64,000 nt of DNA from Pseudobdellovibrionaceae bacterium (GTDB taxonomy: Bacteria; Bdellovibrionota; Bdellovibrionia; Bdellovibrionales; UBA1609), in NCBI GenBank assembly GCA_030591685.1, contig JAUVAX010000001.1, positions 28,873 to 92,872 on the forward strand, written 5' to 3'. A program made the position numbers and the translations under genes. Under the pieces are notes generated by a model. The model ran no database searches. It was not told the DNA's origin and was given only the letters and a program-made list of their open reading frames with translations. This document shows positions 9,502 through 17,608 of the stretch, piece after piece; positions within the stretch are counted from its first letter, which is position 1; the number at the start of each line of letters is the position of its first letter.

Positions 9502-10752
9502 TTAACCTCTCCCTGATCTTCTTAATTCAAGTGGATAGCGAACTTTCACAACTACGTTACCGACAGGCTGTGGAAACTGCCAACTTTTAAATTTCTTTAC
9601 AATACATTTTTCAACTAGTGACGAATGTAGGCTTGAGCTAGCAATGCGCGCTGTACTTACCCTCCCCTTAGTATTAATCAAAAATTTTACAGATATGCGC
9701 CCCGATAAAAGTGGCTTTATTTGAAGCCCCTTTTCATAACAATATGTAATTTGCCCAGAGTTTCTTCTTATAACAGCATCTATAGAGGCCCTATCTAAAC
9801 CGCCCTCGACTATAGACTGCTCGTACGCTGGTAATACAAAAGCCCCACCGGAACCTGTTGAAATCTTATGTTTACCAAACCCCGAAGCTCCTTGTGCGCC
9901 GAGGCCATTATTACCATAGCCCTTACGAGATTGACCCACTCTCGCGCCTTGACCTTGAGTAGTGCTCAGCAGCCCTTTACCAAGTAATGATCTCTGACTG
10001 ACTCCAACACCAGATTTAGAGGATCGGCCATGTCCACTGGCACGCTCAATAGACTTAGTACTAACACCCTTTGGCCCCGACCCCATTGAACCGAGTGCAC
10101 CTAGAGCTCCCATAGCATTTACGTTTTTACTTCTTGATTTAATGCTCTTAGATCTGCGCTTAACGTAGCTCATTTTTTTTCGCAATGAATTATTTCGAAC
10201 TTTAACACGAACACGGCTTCTAGGATTTAGCTTCTTACGGGTAACAAGCTTACGCTTACTTCTTGATACTCTCTTAACTCTCTTTCTAGAGGGCCTTACT
10301 ACACGTTTCTTTTTCTTAATCACAGGTCTATCTTGCTTAACGACTGTCACAACCTGTACAACATCCACCACATCAGGAGTTAAATAATAACCCACACTAA
10401 TAAGCAATAATAACACTATTAAATGAGTCATAAATGACCATTTCATCACCCTCTTAAAAAGGTTGTTATCATCAGAAACTAAAGGTTGTGATCGGTCAAT
10501 ATTCTCTACATTATCTATATATTCTAAAGTTATATCCTCTGACAAAAGAATAGGTCCATCTTTGACTTCGGCCTTACTAATTGACGCCAGGTCTTTATAA
10601 GGCACACTCTCATTATTTAATACTTTTAAGTCAGGAACTATATCAATCTTTTGATCTTGAAGTAAGTATACAATATGAGCCTTAGTGCCATCCCAATGCA
10701 AAAAACGCACAACTTTTTTGTTTTTCTTTAAAACATAATGTCCGTTTAACAT
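9502..10752 (-). CDS. Bitopic inner-membrane protein with TonB-C-like AgmX/PglI-type C-terminal domain (GltG/GltJ-like)
   Basis: About 105-aa cytoplasmic N-terminus, one TM (HLIVLLLLISVGYYL), an extremely K/R-rich linker, then a G/S-rich stretch. C-terminal block: IDAVIRRNSGQITYCYEKGLQIKPLLSGRISVKFLINTKGRVS...VEKCIVKKFKSWQFPQP. Confidence 0.65.
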   Translation of the reverse strand: MLNGHYVLKKNKKVVRFLHWDGTKAHIVYLLQDQKIDIVPDLKVLNNESVPYKDLASISKAEVKDGPILLSEDITLEYIDNVENIDRSQPLVSDDNNLFKRVMKWSFMTHLIVLLLLISVGYYLTPDVVDVVQVVTVVKQDRPVIKKKKRVVRPSRKRVKRVSRSKRKLVTRKKLNPRSRVRVKVRNNSLRKKMSYVKRRSKSIKSRSKNVNAMGALGALGSMGSGPKGVSTKSIERASGHGRSSKSGVGVSQRSLLGKGLLSTTQGQGARVGQSRKGYGNNGLGAQGASGFGKHKISTGSGGAFVLPAYEQSIVEGGLDRASIDAVIRRNSGQITYCYEKGLQIKPLLSGRISVKFLINTKGRVSTARIASSSLHSSLVEKCIVKKFKSWQFPQPVGNVVVKVRYPLELRRSGRG

Positions 10753-10761
10753 AAAATACTC

Positions 10762-11013
10762 CTAATCATAGTTCAAACTCTCTTTAATACGAACTTTAAA
10801 ATTATTTGGCATAGTGATCAAATTATTAAGTTTCTTCTCTGACTCAACATCAACTAAAACTTCACCAGGTGTATTAAACCGACCCTTAACCCCTAAGCCA
10901 TTAAAGTGAATATTAGTAGAGAGGGTGCTGTCATACTTACTTTTAATTTTTGAGTAAACAGATGTTGAAAAAAATAACACTATAATGCATGGAGTAAAAA
11001 TTAATAGCCTCAC
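10762..11013 (-). CDS. Small secreted protein, function unknown (GltF-like position)
   Basis: 83 aa with an N-terminal signal-like hydrophobic segment. 4-nt overlap with the upstream TPR gene. Confidence 0.45.
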   Translation of the reverse strand: MRLLIFTPCIIVLFFSTSVYSKIKSKYDSTLSTNIHFNGLGVKGRFNTPGEVLVDVESEKKLNNLITMPNNFKVRIKESLNYD

Positions 11014-13931
11014 CGGATTACTCCTTTAACTAATTGTTCTCGCACACTCAAATATCCATATAAGCTGTTATTATACTGATAGGTCATTTGACCTCTTAAA
11101 TTATTCAGCAACTTAAGGTCTAATGGATTACTTTTAACCACCGACCAGGCCTTCTTTAGGTTTGGTTTTGAAATTTCTCCGAGCTTAACAAGTCTAAATT
11201 TAATTAAGCGCTGTCTTCTTACCGGAGCTTGGGAGATTAATTTTTTAAGCTGACTTCGTATTACAATTTTTTGATGGTATGTGGATCTTTTCAAAAGGCT
11301 GAATTGAGAGTTTATATTATCAATATGACTCCATATTTTATTTGAAAGCATTAATATACTTTTCATACGATCATTATAGGGAGCTAATTTTCTTTTTACG
11401 TTTTCTAGGTACTTCTTTTTTTGGTCCTTAGTTAGTTTTTTAGGCATTGGGAGTTTTATAAACTCATCCGTAAAACGTCTATACTCACTAGCTAAACGAC
11501 CAAGTGCATAGGCTTGAGACAATACATCTTTTTTTGGTAACTTTAACTTTAAATACTTCTCCATACCATTAAGCAATGCGATTCTTCTTTTCACACCCTT
11601 AGAGATTAAGTAATTGCTAGATGTCCCTATAACTGATCTCAATAGTGGCTTAATTTTAATATCATAGCTGTTTATAAACCCTTCTCGAAAAAGAACCCTA
11701 CCCTCAACGGTATTTCTTATGGATTTATATTTTGTAAACTCTTCGGCTCGCTTAAAATTTTTAAAGCGACCAAATGTTTCCAACAGAGCACTTGCCAAAA
11801 GACTAGGAGTTTTCAATAAAACCCCTTTGATATTAGAAAGCTCTTTCCATGGATATTTTGATTTTAATGCCAAGTGAATTCGGATTTCATTGGCTTTATA
11901 TCGACTTTTGGTCATTTTAATAAACGACTTATAATGCTTTTTTGAATTATATCCTGACAACTCAGCAAGCATACCCAATTTAAGCTGTTGATCTGCTCTC
12001 TTTACTTTTGATACCTTAATTTTTAATAGTGTTTTATAGGCCTTTTTAAATTTAAACTTCAGTTCACTAACAAACAATATTCTTTCAAGCGCATAGTTAC
12101 TTTCTTTTTGATTTACACCCTTAATATTTAATATATCTTTTGCATATTTTTCAATACTATTATGGTCTAAGATTAAGGCCGATAAATTAATTTTAGTTTC
12201 AATATACTTAACCTTCTCTCTCGTCTTTAGATCTGAGTATGAATATATATTTAAACATTTTAGAGATCCATTGATGTCACTTGTAAGTTTTTCTTTTTTA
12301 GATAGAATGCTTAAAGAAATATTATAACACGCATCCCTCGCTAACTTAATGTACTTTACCCTCCTTGAAGGGACTTTGCTTGATAAGACAGGGGCTCTTG
12401 AAAGAATTTTAGTATCCTCTTTTAAAAAAACAAGCGAGCTTAACGCTAGGTCAGATGATTTAATAAGTAGCTTATTTTTAATATTTTTATCTGCGGTCAG
12501 CTTATAGAAGTTTTCAGCTGATAATTTATATTTCTTTTTCTCGTAATCTAGATAGTACAGTTGATACAGTATTTCACTTTTAATCTTTGATTTAGGCTCA
12601 AGATTAAGATAAGCCTCATACGTTGAACGTTTTAAATTTGAATTATTTGACCCTTCAGCTATGCTTATCATTTCAACTAGGGATGCCCTTCTAAGTTTGG
12701 CCTCACTTTTAGTAGACTTAACTATGGCCATTTTTAAATTATCTATGGCCTTTCCCCAAGCTTTACTCTTTTTACTTTGCATAGCTGCTATATAGAATAT
12801 TCCTGATTCTTTTTTAAAGTGGGCTAGGTAAAGATTAATAGCTATTAAGAAGTACTTATCACTTCTATTTTTAATATCTTTATGCCAAAGTATAATAAAA
12901 TTTTTAAATTTAATCTCAATACTTGCGCACTCTTTAAGGCAAGACCCATTGCCCCATAACGCTAATGATTCTCTATAGTGTTTTAAGGCTTGTTTTTTAT
13001 TTTTTATAAAATAATATATCTGGGCCTTTCTGACCGAAACCTCAAGCCTTGTTGACGCGTCATGATCTTTTAATAACAAGTAATAGTCCCACACTCGTAG
13101 GCTAGATCTCCACTGTCCTGTTCTTTGTGTTTCTTCGGCAAGGTAGAATAAATTATCTAATACAACTCCCCTTGGGCTTAAACTCTCAATTTCAATTATT
13201 TCTTTTTTATAAATAGGTCGTCTTGCCATAAAGGTCACTAAATCACGAGACACATCTACATGAAAGGGCTTGTTGTAAACCCCATTGTTACTCAAGTAGC
13301 TTTTTGATTTTAAAATATACTTTAGCGATTTTACAGCCTCTTTTATCTGCCCAATATTCATTTGCGACCATGCAATTTTGTATAGAGCCATTGCTCTTTT
13401 ATTTTTATTTAAATTCATGAATGCGGACTTATAACCTTTAATAGCTTTTTTATATTGATTGTTATTGTAATTAATTTCAGAAAGCTCGTACTCTGATATT
13501 GCAATATAAGATTTTTGAGATTTTCGTTTACTATGCTTATTTAAGCTTAAAAGTGTTATTTTTCTAAGGCGCTCATTAGGGAGTACTTTATACAAATGAG
13601 CCACCTGCAGCAGCATGCGTGATTTCTCTAGGGGCCTTGCTCTTTTTATAGCCTTTTTTAAATAGCTAATCGCAACTGTTCTGTCAGATTTTGACTGAAT
13701 ACACTTAGTACAATTATCTTGAGTTTCTCTCAGAAAGTATAGTCGCGCTCTTTCAGAGTATAAGTCACCAAGACGACGGTAAAGTGACTGTTTTTTTACG
13801 TGATTTTTACCTGTCAGAGAAAGGGCCTTTTCTAGCTTATTAATTACAACTGAGTGGGCATCAATGGTCATCTTCTCAGCTCTGAGAGACACTGTCATTA
13901 ACACTAAAAGGGCAACTACTATTACTTTCAT
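11010..13931 (-). CDS. Large secreted TPR-repeat protein (GltD/GltE-like)
   Basis: 973 aa with a signal peptide. Many TPR-like helix pairs (AMALYKIAWSQMNIGQIKEAVKSLKYIL, KAQIYYFIKNKKQALKHYRESLAL). 4-nt overlap with the upstream ExbD-like gene. Confidence 0.6.
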   Translation of the reverse strand: MKVIVVALLVLMTVSLRAEKMTIDAHSVVINKLEKALSLTGKNHVKKQSLYRRLGDLYSERARLYFLRETQDNCTKCIQSKSDRTVAISYLKKAIKRARPLEKSRMLLQVAHLYKVLPNERLRKITLLSLNKHSKRKSQKSYIAISEYELSEINYNNNQYKKAIKGYKSAFMNLNKNKRAMALYKIAWSQMNIGQIKEAVKSLKYILKSKSYLSNNGVYNKPFHVDVSRDLVTFMARRPIYKKEIIEIESLSPRGVVLDNLFYLAEETQRTGQWRSSLRVWDYYLLLKDHDASTRLEVSVRKAQIYYFIKNKKQALKHYRESLALWGNGSCLKECASIEIKFKNFIILWHKDIKNRSDKYFLIAINLYLAHFKKESGIFYIAAMQSKKSKAWGKAIDNLKMAIVKSTKSEAKLRRASLVEMISIAEGSNNSNLKRSTYEAYLNLEPKSKIKSEILYQLYYLDYEKKKYKLSAENFYKLTADKNIKNKLLIKSSDLALSSLVFLKEDTKILSRAPVLSSKVPSRRVKYIKLARDACYNISLSILSKKEKLTSDINGSLKCLNIYSYSDLKTREKVKYIETKINLSALILDHNSIEKYAKDILNIKGVNQKESNYALERILFVSELKFKFKKAYKTLLKIKVSKVKRADQQLKLGMLAELSGYNSKKHYKSFIKMTKSRYKANEIRIHLALKSKYPWKELSNIKGVLLKTPSLLASALLETFGRFKNFKRAEEFTKYKSIRNTVEGRVLFREGFINSYDIKIKPLLRSVIGTSSNYLISKGVKRRIALLNGMEKYLKLKLPKKDVLSQAYALGRLASEYRRFTDEFIKLPMPKKLTKDQKKKYLENVKRKLAPYNDRMKSILMLSNKIWSHIDNINSQFSLLKRSTYHQKIVIRSQLKKLISQAPVRRQRLIKFRLVKLGEISKPNLKKAWSVVKSNPLDLKLLNNLRGQMTYQYNNSLYGYLSVREQLVKGVIR

Positions 13932-14425
13932 CCGGCCCCCCTAACTCTTAAAACAGCTAATTGTACTTTTGATATATCAAATTCAGAGGCCCAAATCATA
14001 AGTGGGTTGATCATTTTAAAAGATGTTTTTTTGTCTGAAACGATCACAAGTGAAGCCTTTGTTTTATCTTTCATGGCCAATGTTTTTTTTGCATATTTTT
14101 TCATCTCTTTTATAATGGCTCGATCACTTACTCTTTTTTTATCAATAAAGTATTGCTTTCCTTTTATTTGAACAACAAGGCCCCCTTTAAATGTACTTGA
14201 GTTATATGCTTTTGGTATTTTTAATGTTTTGTCTAGGTCTTTTACTTCTGATGTTGCTACTGTATTAACCAGTAGGTAAATCACTAGGATAGCAAACGCA
14301 TCCACCAATGGCGTTAGAATCAATGTCGCAATCACAGCCTTTTTAACTCGCCCCTCTTTGTTTTGTAAAGGAGCTATGTTTTTTAATGGGCTTTGTGCTT
14401 CTAAATGACTGAGTATGCTTCTCAT
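13928..14425 (-). CDS. ExbD/TolR-family protein (AglQ/AglS-like) with conserved TM aspartate
   Basis: TM segment LILTPLVDAFAILVIYLL carries the protonatable Asp. C-terminal ExbD-like fold (SLVIVSDKKTSFKMINPLM). Confidence 0.75.
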   Translation of the reverse strand: MRSILSHLEAQSPLKNIAPLQNKEGRVKKAVIATLILTPLVDAFAILVIYLLVNTVATSEVKDLDKTLKIPKAYNSSTFKGGLVVQIKGKQYFIDKKRVSDRAIIKEMKKYAKKTLAMKDKTKASLVIVSDKKTSFKMINPLMIWASEFDISKVQLAVLRVRGAG

Positions 14426-14445
14426 AAATCCTACCTTATGGCTCC

Positions 14446-14892
14446 CTATAAAGGGGCCACTCCTATGTCTAGGGTTTTTATGGTCTTCACTATATCTATA
14501 ACTGCAATAATACGATCAAAGGATGTGTTGCTATGAGGCGCCACTATAGCATTTTTAATCAATGGGTATCGCGCTATGATCTTATTGATATGCTTTAAAA
14601 GTTGATTGTTAAACTTATTTTTTACTTTGATGTTTTTTATTTTACCTATTACCTTCATTGACCCATCTCTAGTAAATATCTTTATTGATTTTTTATTATT
14701 AAACTGTACCCATATAGATAAGTTTTTACCTGAGTTTAATTTAGTCGTTGGCGCATTACCTACAGATTGAGAGACGGAAAGCGCGCCAACGGGTTGCCAT
14801 ACGACGGTCACAAGAAGAAAGCTCAGTATGACTGCCAATAATGATATGATTGGCAGTAAGTTAATTTCAAAATCTAATGATTTATTAGCCAT
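14446..14892 (-). CDS. ExbD/TolR-family protein lacking the TM aspartate
   Basis: EINLLPIISLLAVILSFLL aligns to the ExbD/TolR TM, with Ser where the Asp is expected. C-terminal VAPHSNTSFDRIIAVIDIV is ExbD-like. Confidence 0.7.
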   Translation of the reverse strand: MANKSLDFEINLLPIISLLAVILSFLLVTVVWQPVGALSVSQSVGNAPTTKLNSGKNLSIWVQFNNKKSIKIFTRDGSMKVIGKIKNIKVKNKFNNQLLKHINKIIARYPLIKNAIVAPHSNTSFDRIIAVIDIVKTIKTLDIGVAPL

Positions 14893-14899
14893 TTTGTTC

Positions 14900-15583
14900 C
14901 TACCTAGCTTTTGTTTTTTTAACAGTTAAGTTATCAAAATTATAATTAAGCCAGTTAAAGGCTCTAAATGCGGCTTGATGTAGGTCTTCTTTTAGTGACT
15001 CACTTCGGCTCTGTAGTATTGCAAACATAACAAGTGATGGTATTGCCATTATTAGTCCGTAGGCTGTTGTGTTCATAGCCATTGAGATACCTTTTGTGAG
15101 CATAATGGATTTTTCAGCATCATTACCATTACTGATGGAGGCAAAGGCTGTGATGAGTCCAACGATGGTACCTAGCAGTCCAAGAAGGGTCCCTACATTA
15201 CCGAGCATTGCTAAAAACCCAGTTCGTTTATCTAGCTTTTCATTTTCAATGAGCAGCATTTCATCCATACGGGCTCTGACTTCGTCTTTGCCACCTAGGT
15301 TAATTGCTGATTGTGTTCCTGCTTTAACGACTCTGTAGATGGGGTTTACTTTATCTTTAATTGAATTGATCTTCATGATTTGCTGTAGGTTGCCTGTTCT
15401 AATGGGTCTCTCGAGTCGATTAACTATTTTTCTTTGTGAGACTTTTCTTAAAACATATAGCTGAATCACTCTTTCTGCGATAATAGCAATGGATACGATT
15501 TGTGCAGCCAGTATGGCCCACATCCATATTCCTCCGTTTGAAAAGGCTTGATATATTAGTGTAAACATATTTGCATCTGCCAT
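14900..15583 (-). CDS. MotA/TolQ/ExbB-family proton channel (AglR-like)
   Basis: LGNVGTLLGLLGTIVGLITAF and GISMAMNTTAYGLIMAIPS are the family signature helices. GAGGAG precedes the ATG. Confidence 0.85.
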   Translation of the reverse strand: MADANMFTLIYQAFSNGGIWMWAILAAQIVSIAIIAERVIQLYVLRKVSQRKIVNRLERPIRTGNLQQIMKINSIKDKVNPIYRVVKAGTQSAINLGGKDEVRARMDEMLLIENEKLDKRTGFLAMLGNVGTLLGLLGTIVGLITAFASISNGNDAEKSIMLTKGISMAMNTTAYGLIMAIPSLVMFAILQSRSESLKEDLHQAAFRAFNWLNYNFDNLTVKKTKAR

Positions 15584-15654
15584 TTTTATAGCTCCTCATT
15601 AAGTACTGCATTGGTTTTGACATTTATTTATTCTCTTGCAGTTGCAATATATAA

Positions 15655-15670
15655 GGCACATTCTGTACCA
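15655..15670 (-). promoter_or_regulatory. Candidate sigma54 -24/-12 element upstream of the Agl/Glt-like operon
   Basis: The reverse complement reads TGGTACAGAATGTGCC, with GG and GC at the consensus spacing (compare TGGCAC-N5-TTGC). It lies about 70 nt upstream of the 15583 start. Short motif, so weak evidence. Confidence 0.3.
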
Positions 15671-15705
15671 CAAGAAATTCGACCTTAGGGGTGTACATAT
15701 TGGAT

Positions 15706-15883
15706 ATGAGTGTGAATTTTGGTAAAATTTTGAAAATGAGTGACAATAATGAGCTCAAATCAGGGCCCCCTGACCCCCTCCCCCAAGGAGTGACGGAGCC
15801 TTTTTCTCCCCCATTTTAGCCACAAGGAAGAGCTGGGGAAGGAGTGACCAAATAATGGAGAAAATGGAGAAAAATGGAGTGAC
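15706..15883 (+). repeat. Array of five GAGTG-core short repeats plus ATGGAG x3 micro-tandem
   Basis: ATGAGTGTGAA (15706-15716), ATGAGTGAC (15736-15744), GGAGTGAC at 15787, 15841 and 15876. ATGGAG at 15855, 15864 and 15874. Confidence 0.7.
15790..15804 (+). repeat. REP-like motif copy 1 (GTGACGGAGCCTTTT), preceded by a C-rich tract
   Basis: Exact 15-mer, also present at 16527-16541. A related GTGACGAAGACC sits at 15879-15890. Confidence 0.7.
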
Positions 15884-16043
15884 GAAGACCTCCTCATGCC
15901 ATTGCAGACAGCAGACAGAGACCTAGCCGTGATTTAAGCGAAAACGCTAGGGGCAATAAAGAGCCCTCAGATACAAGCGAGAAGGGCCTCTAGAGACATT
16001 AGTACTTAATCGTATGTTTATAAAACCTATTGGTCACAATTCC

Positions 16044-16059
16044 TGGCATGAATTATGCT
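16044..16059 (+). promoter_or_regulatory. Candidate sigma54 -24/-12 element upstream of small ORF 16086..16481
   Basis: TGGCATGAATTATGCT matches TGGCAC-N5-TTGC with GG and GC at the correct spacing. It lies about 27 nt upstream of the ATG and AAGGAA RBS. Short motif, so weak evidence. Confidence 0.35.
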
Positions 16060-16085
16060 AATATTACTTGGTAAAGGAACCTTAT

Positions 16086-16481
16086 ATGAAGCCTATATTA
16101 ATGCTAGTTACAAATATTTTATTCACTACTGCCGCTCTTGGGTTTTGGGGTGCTGAGAGTACAGTAACATTTGTTGACCCTAAAATTGGTGGATTCCCTA
16201 TTTATGCAGAGACTTCAAGTACCAATAAAGTTGATGTTGATGAATTGGCTCAAAAGGTGTGTCGAATCAAAGCCCAGGGCCAGGACCGGTCCCCCACATA
16301 CACGAGACTCAGTCTTTCATTGTACACTGACCTGAATTTTGATTTTTCTGAACATGGCACTCTAGCTCGTGTGGTCGTAAGGCACGGCGACCTTTACTCG
16401 GTTGAGTTTAATCCTACCGAGAAAGATTTAAACAAAGAGCTTCTAGTTTTCTCAAAATTAGACTGCATAAAGGACAACTGA
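16086..16481 (+). CDS. Small secreted protein, function unknown
   Basis: ATG at 16086 follows AAGGAA (the track ORF starts at TTG 16068). N-terminal signal-like MKPILMLVTNILFTTAALGFWG. Bracketed by repeat arrays. Confidence 0.5.
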   Translation: MKPILMLVTNILFTTAALGFWGAESTVTFVDPKIGGFPIYAETSSTNKVDVDELAQKVCRIKAQGQDRSPTYTRLSLSLYTDLNFDFSEHGTLARVVVRHGDLYSVEFNPTEKDLNKELLVFSKLDCIKDN

Positions 16482-16496
16482 CGCCCTTCCTCTTCG

Positions 16497-16566
16497 CTTA
16501 CTCCTCCTTACTCCTCTTACTCTTAGGTGACGGAGCCTTTTCACACTCATTTCAAACACTTACTCC
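16497..16566 (-). repeat. Array of GGAGTAAG/GAGTGTGA repeats (inverted relative to the 15706-15883 array), including a CTTACTCCTC tandem
   Basis: CTTACTCCTC at 16497 and 16507, CTTACTCT at 16516, TTCACACTCAT at 16540-16550 (exact reverse complement of 15706-15716), CTTACTCC at 16559. Confidence 0.7.
16527..16541 (+). repeat. REP-like motif copy 2 (GTGACGGAGCCTTTT)
   Basis: Exact 15-mer shared with 15790-15804. Lies just 3' of the small ORF and downstream of the RAYT gene. Confidence 0.7.
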
Positions 16567-16789
16567 CGCCAAACATAAATTAACTTTGAGTTGGTTAAAT
16601 TTCTACAAGCTACTTCTCTTAAATTTCAACATATCCCATAATCATCTTATAAATACACGTAACAGAAGGCTTTTAGCTGCATATAAATATTTATACTCAA
16701 GAATTTGTTATTTCAGCGCAAACTTCACCATAGACACTTAATAAATATCTGACTCTAACGTAGTAAGTAGTTTGTTAATTGATTTTTAA

Positions 16790-17518
16790 CTAGGTTGAGT
16801 TTAGGGCTGTGGATTTCATGAGCACTCGATCCATAAGCTCTTTAGCCTTACCAATCATTTGGTCCTGCCACATAGGGTTGCCGATATACCTTGTATACAT
16901 CCACTTAGAGCCAAAGAGCTCACTTGATAGGTATTTCAAAAAGAGCTTTCTATATTTTGACTGGCGAGCAGACTTTGTCTTCCCAAGTGCTAAGTACCAG
17001 TTCGGCAGAGTTAATAGACTTGTCCAAGCATCCCGTATACCGTGAGCAAAAAATCTGTAGCTTGAGTATTTATAAAGCTTTAGCCCCTCTACACTAACTA
17101 TGTTAGCTCTCACAGGGTTGGCCTCTATGTAAAAGTGAACCCTCATACAGTGTTCTGGGTTTTCAATTAAAGGGGTTTTAGGACGTTCATTGGCAACCTT
17201 ACCAGTGCGCTTAAATATTTTATTAAATGTGTATCCGAACCGAGCATGAGAAACTCTCATAAAACTCGAGAGGTAACTAGAGTCCTCATCATAGCTCATT
17301 TGCATGTGAGCGTGATTGTCCATTAAGCAATAAGAGTAGATCTTAACTTTTGAATTTACGCTTCTATGCTCTAGAGCGTACTTAGTACACTTCATATAGA
17401 GATCTTTTGTCGATTGAGCTTTTAATAAAAATTCACGATTCTGGCAGCGCCAAAACTTATGGATGAAGCCCTGTTCGGGGTGGAGTAAATTGGTTCTTGA
17501 AATACGCATACCCTCCAC
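16790..17518 (-). CDS. REP-associated tyrosine transposase (RAYT) / IS200-like Y1 transposase
   Basis: HUH motif in YSYCLMDNHAHMQM. Catalytic-Tyr block FYIEANPVRANIV, as in RAYT/TnpA-REP proteins. Confidence 0.75.
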   Translation of the reverse strand: MEGMRISRTNLLHPEQGFIHKFWRCQNREFLLKAQSTKDLYMKCTKYALEHRSVNSKVKIYSYCLMDNHAHMQMSYDEDSSYLSSFMRVSHARFGYTFNKIFKRTGKVANERPKTPLIENPEHCMRVHFYIEANPVRANIVSVEGLKLYKYSSYRFFAHGIRDAWTSLLTLPNWYLALGKTKSARQSKYRKLFLKYLSSELFGSKWMYTRYIGNPMWQDQMIGKAKELMDRVLMKSTALNST

Positions 17519-17608
17519 AATGCAAGATAGGTCACAGGCTCTAAAGGGGTTTCAGGTGGGTTAGGAGGAAGGGGTGTCCGGGAGGTGTACGGAAAGCGGA
17601 CTCCGTCA

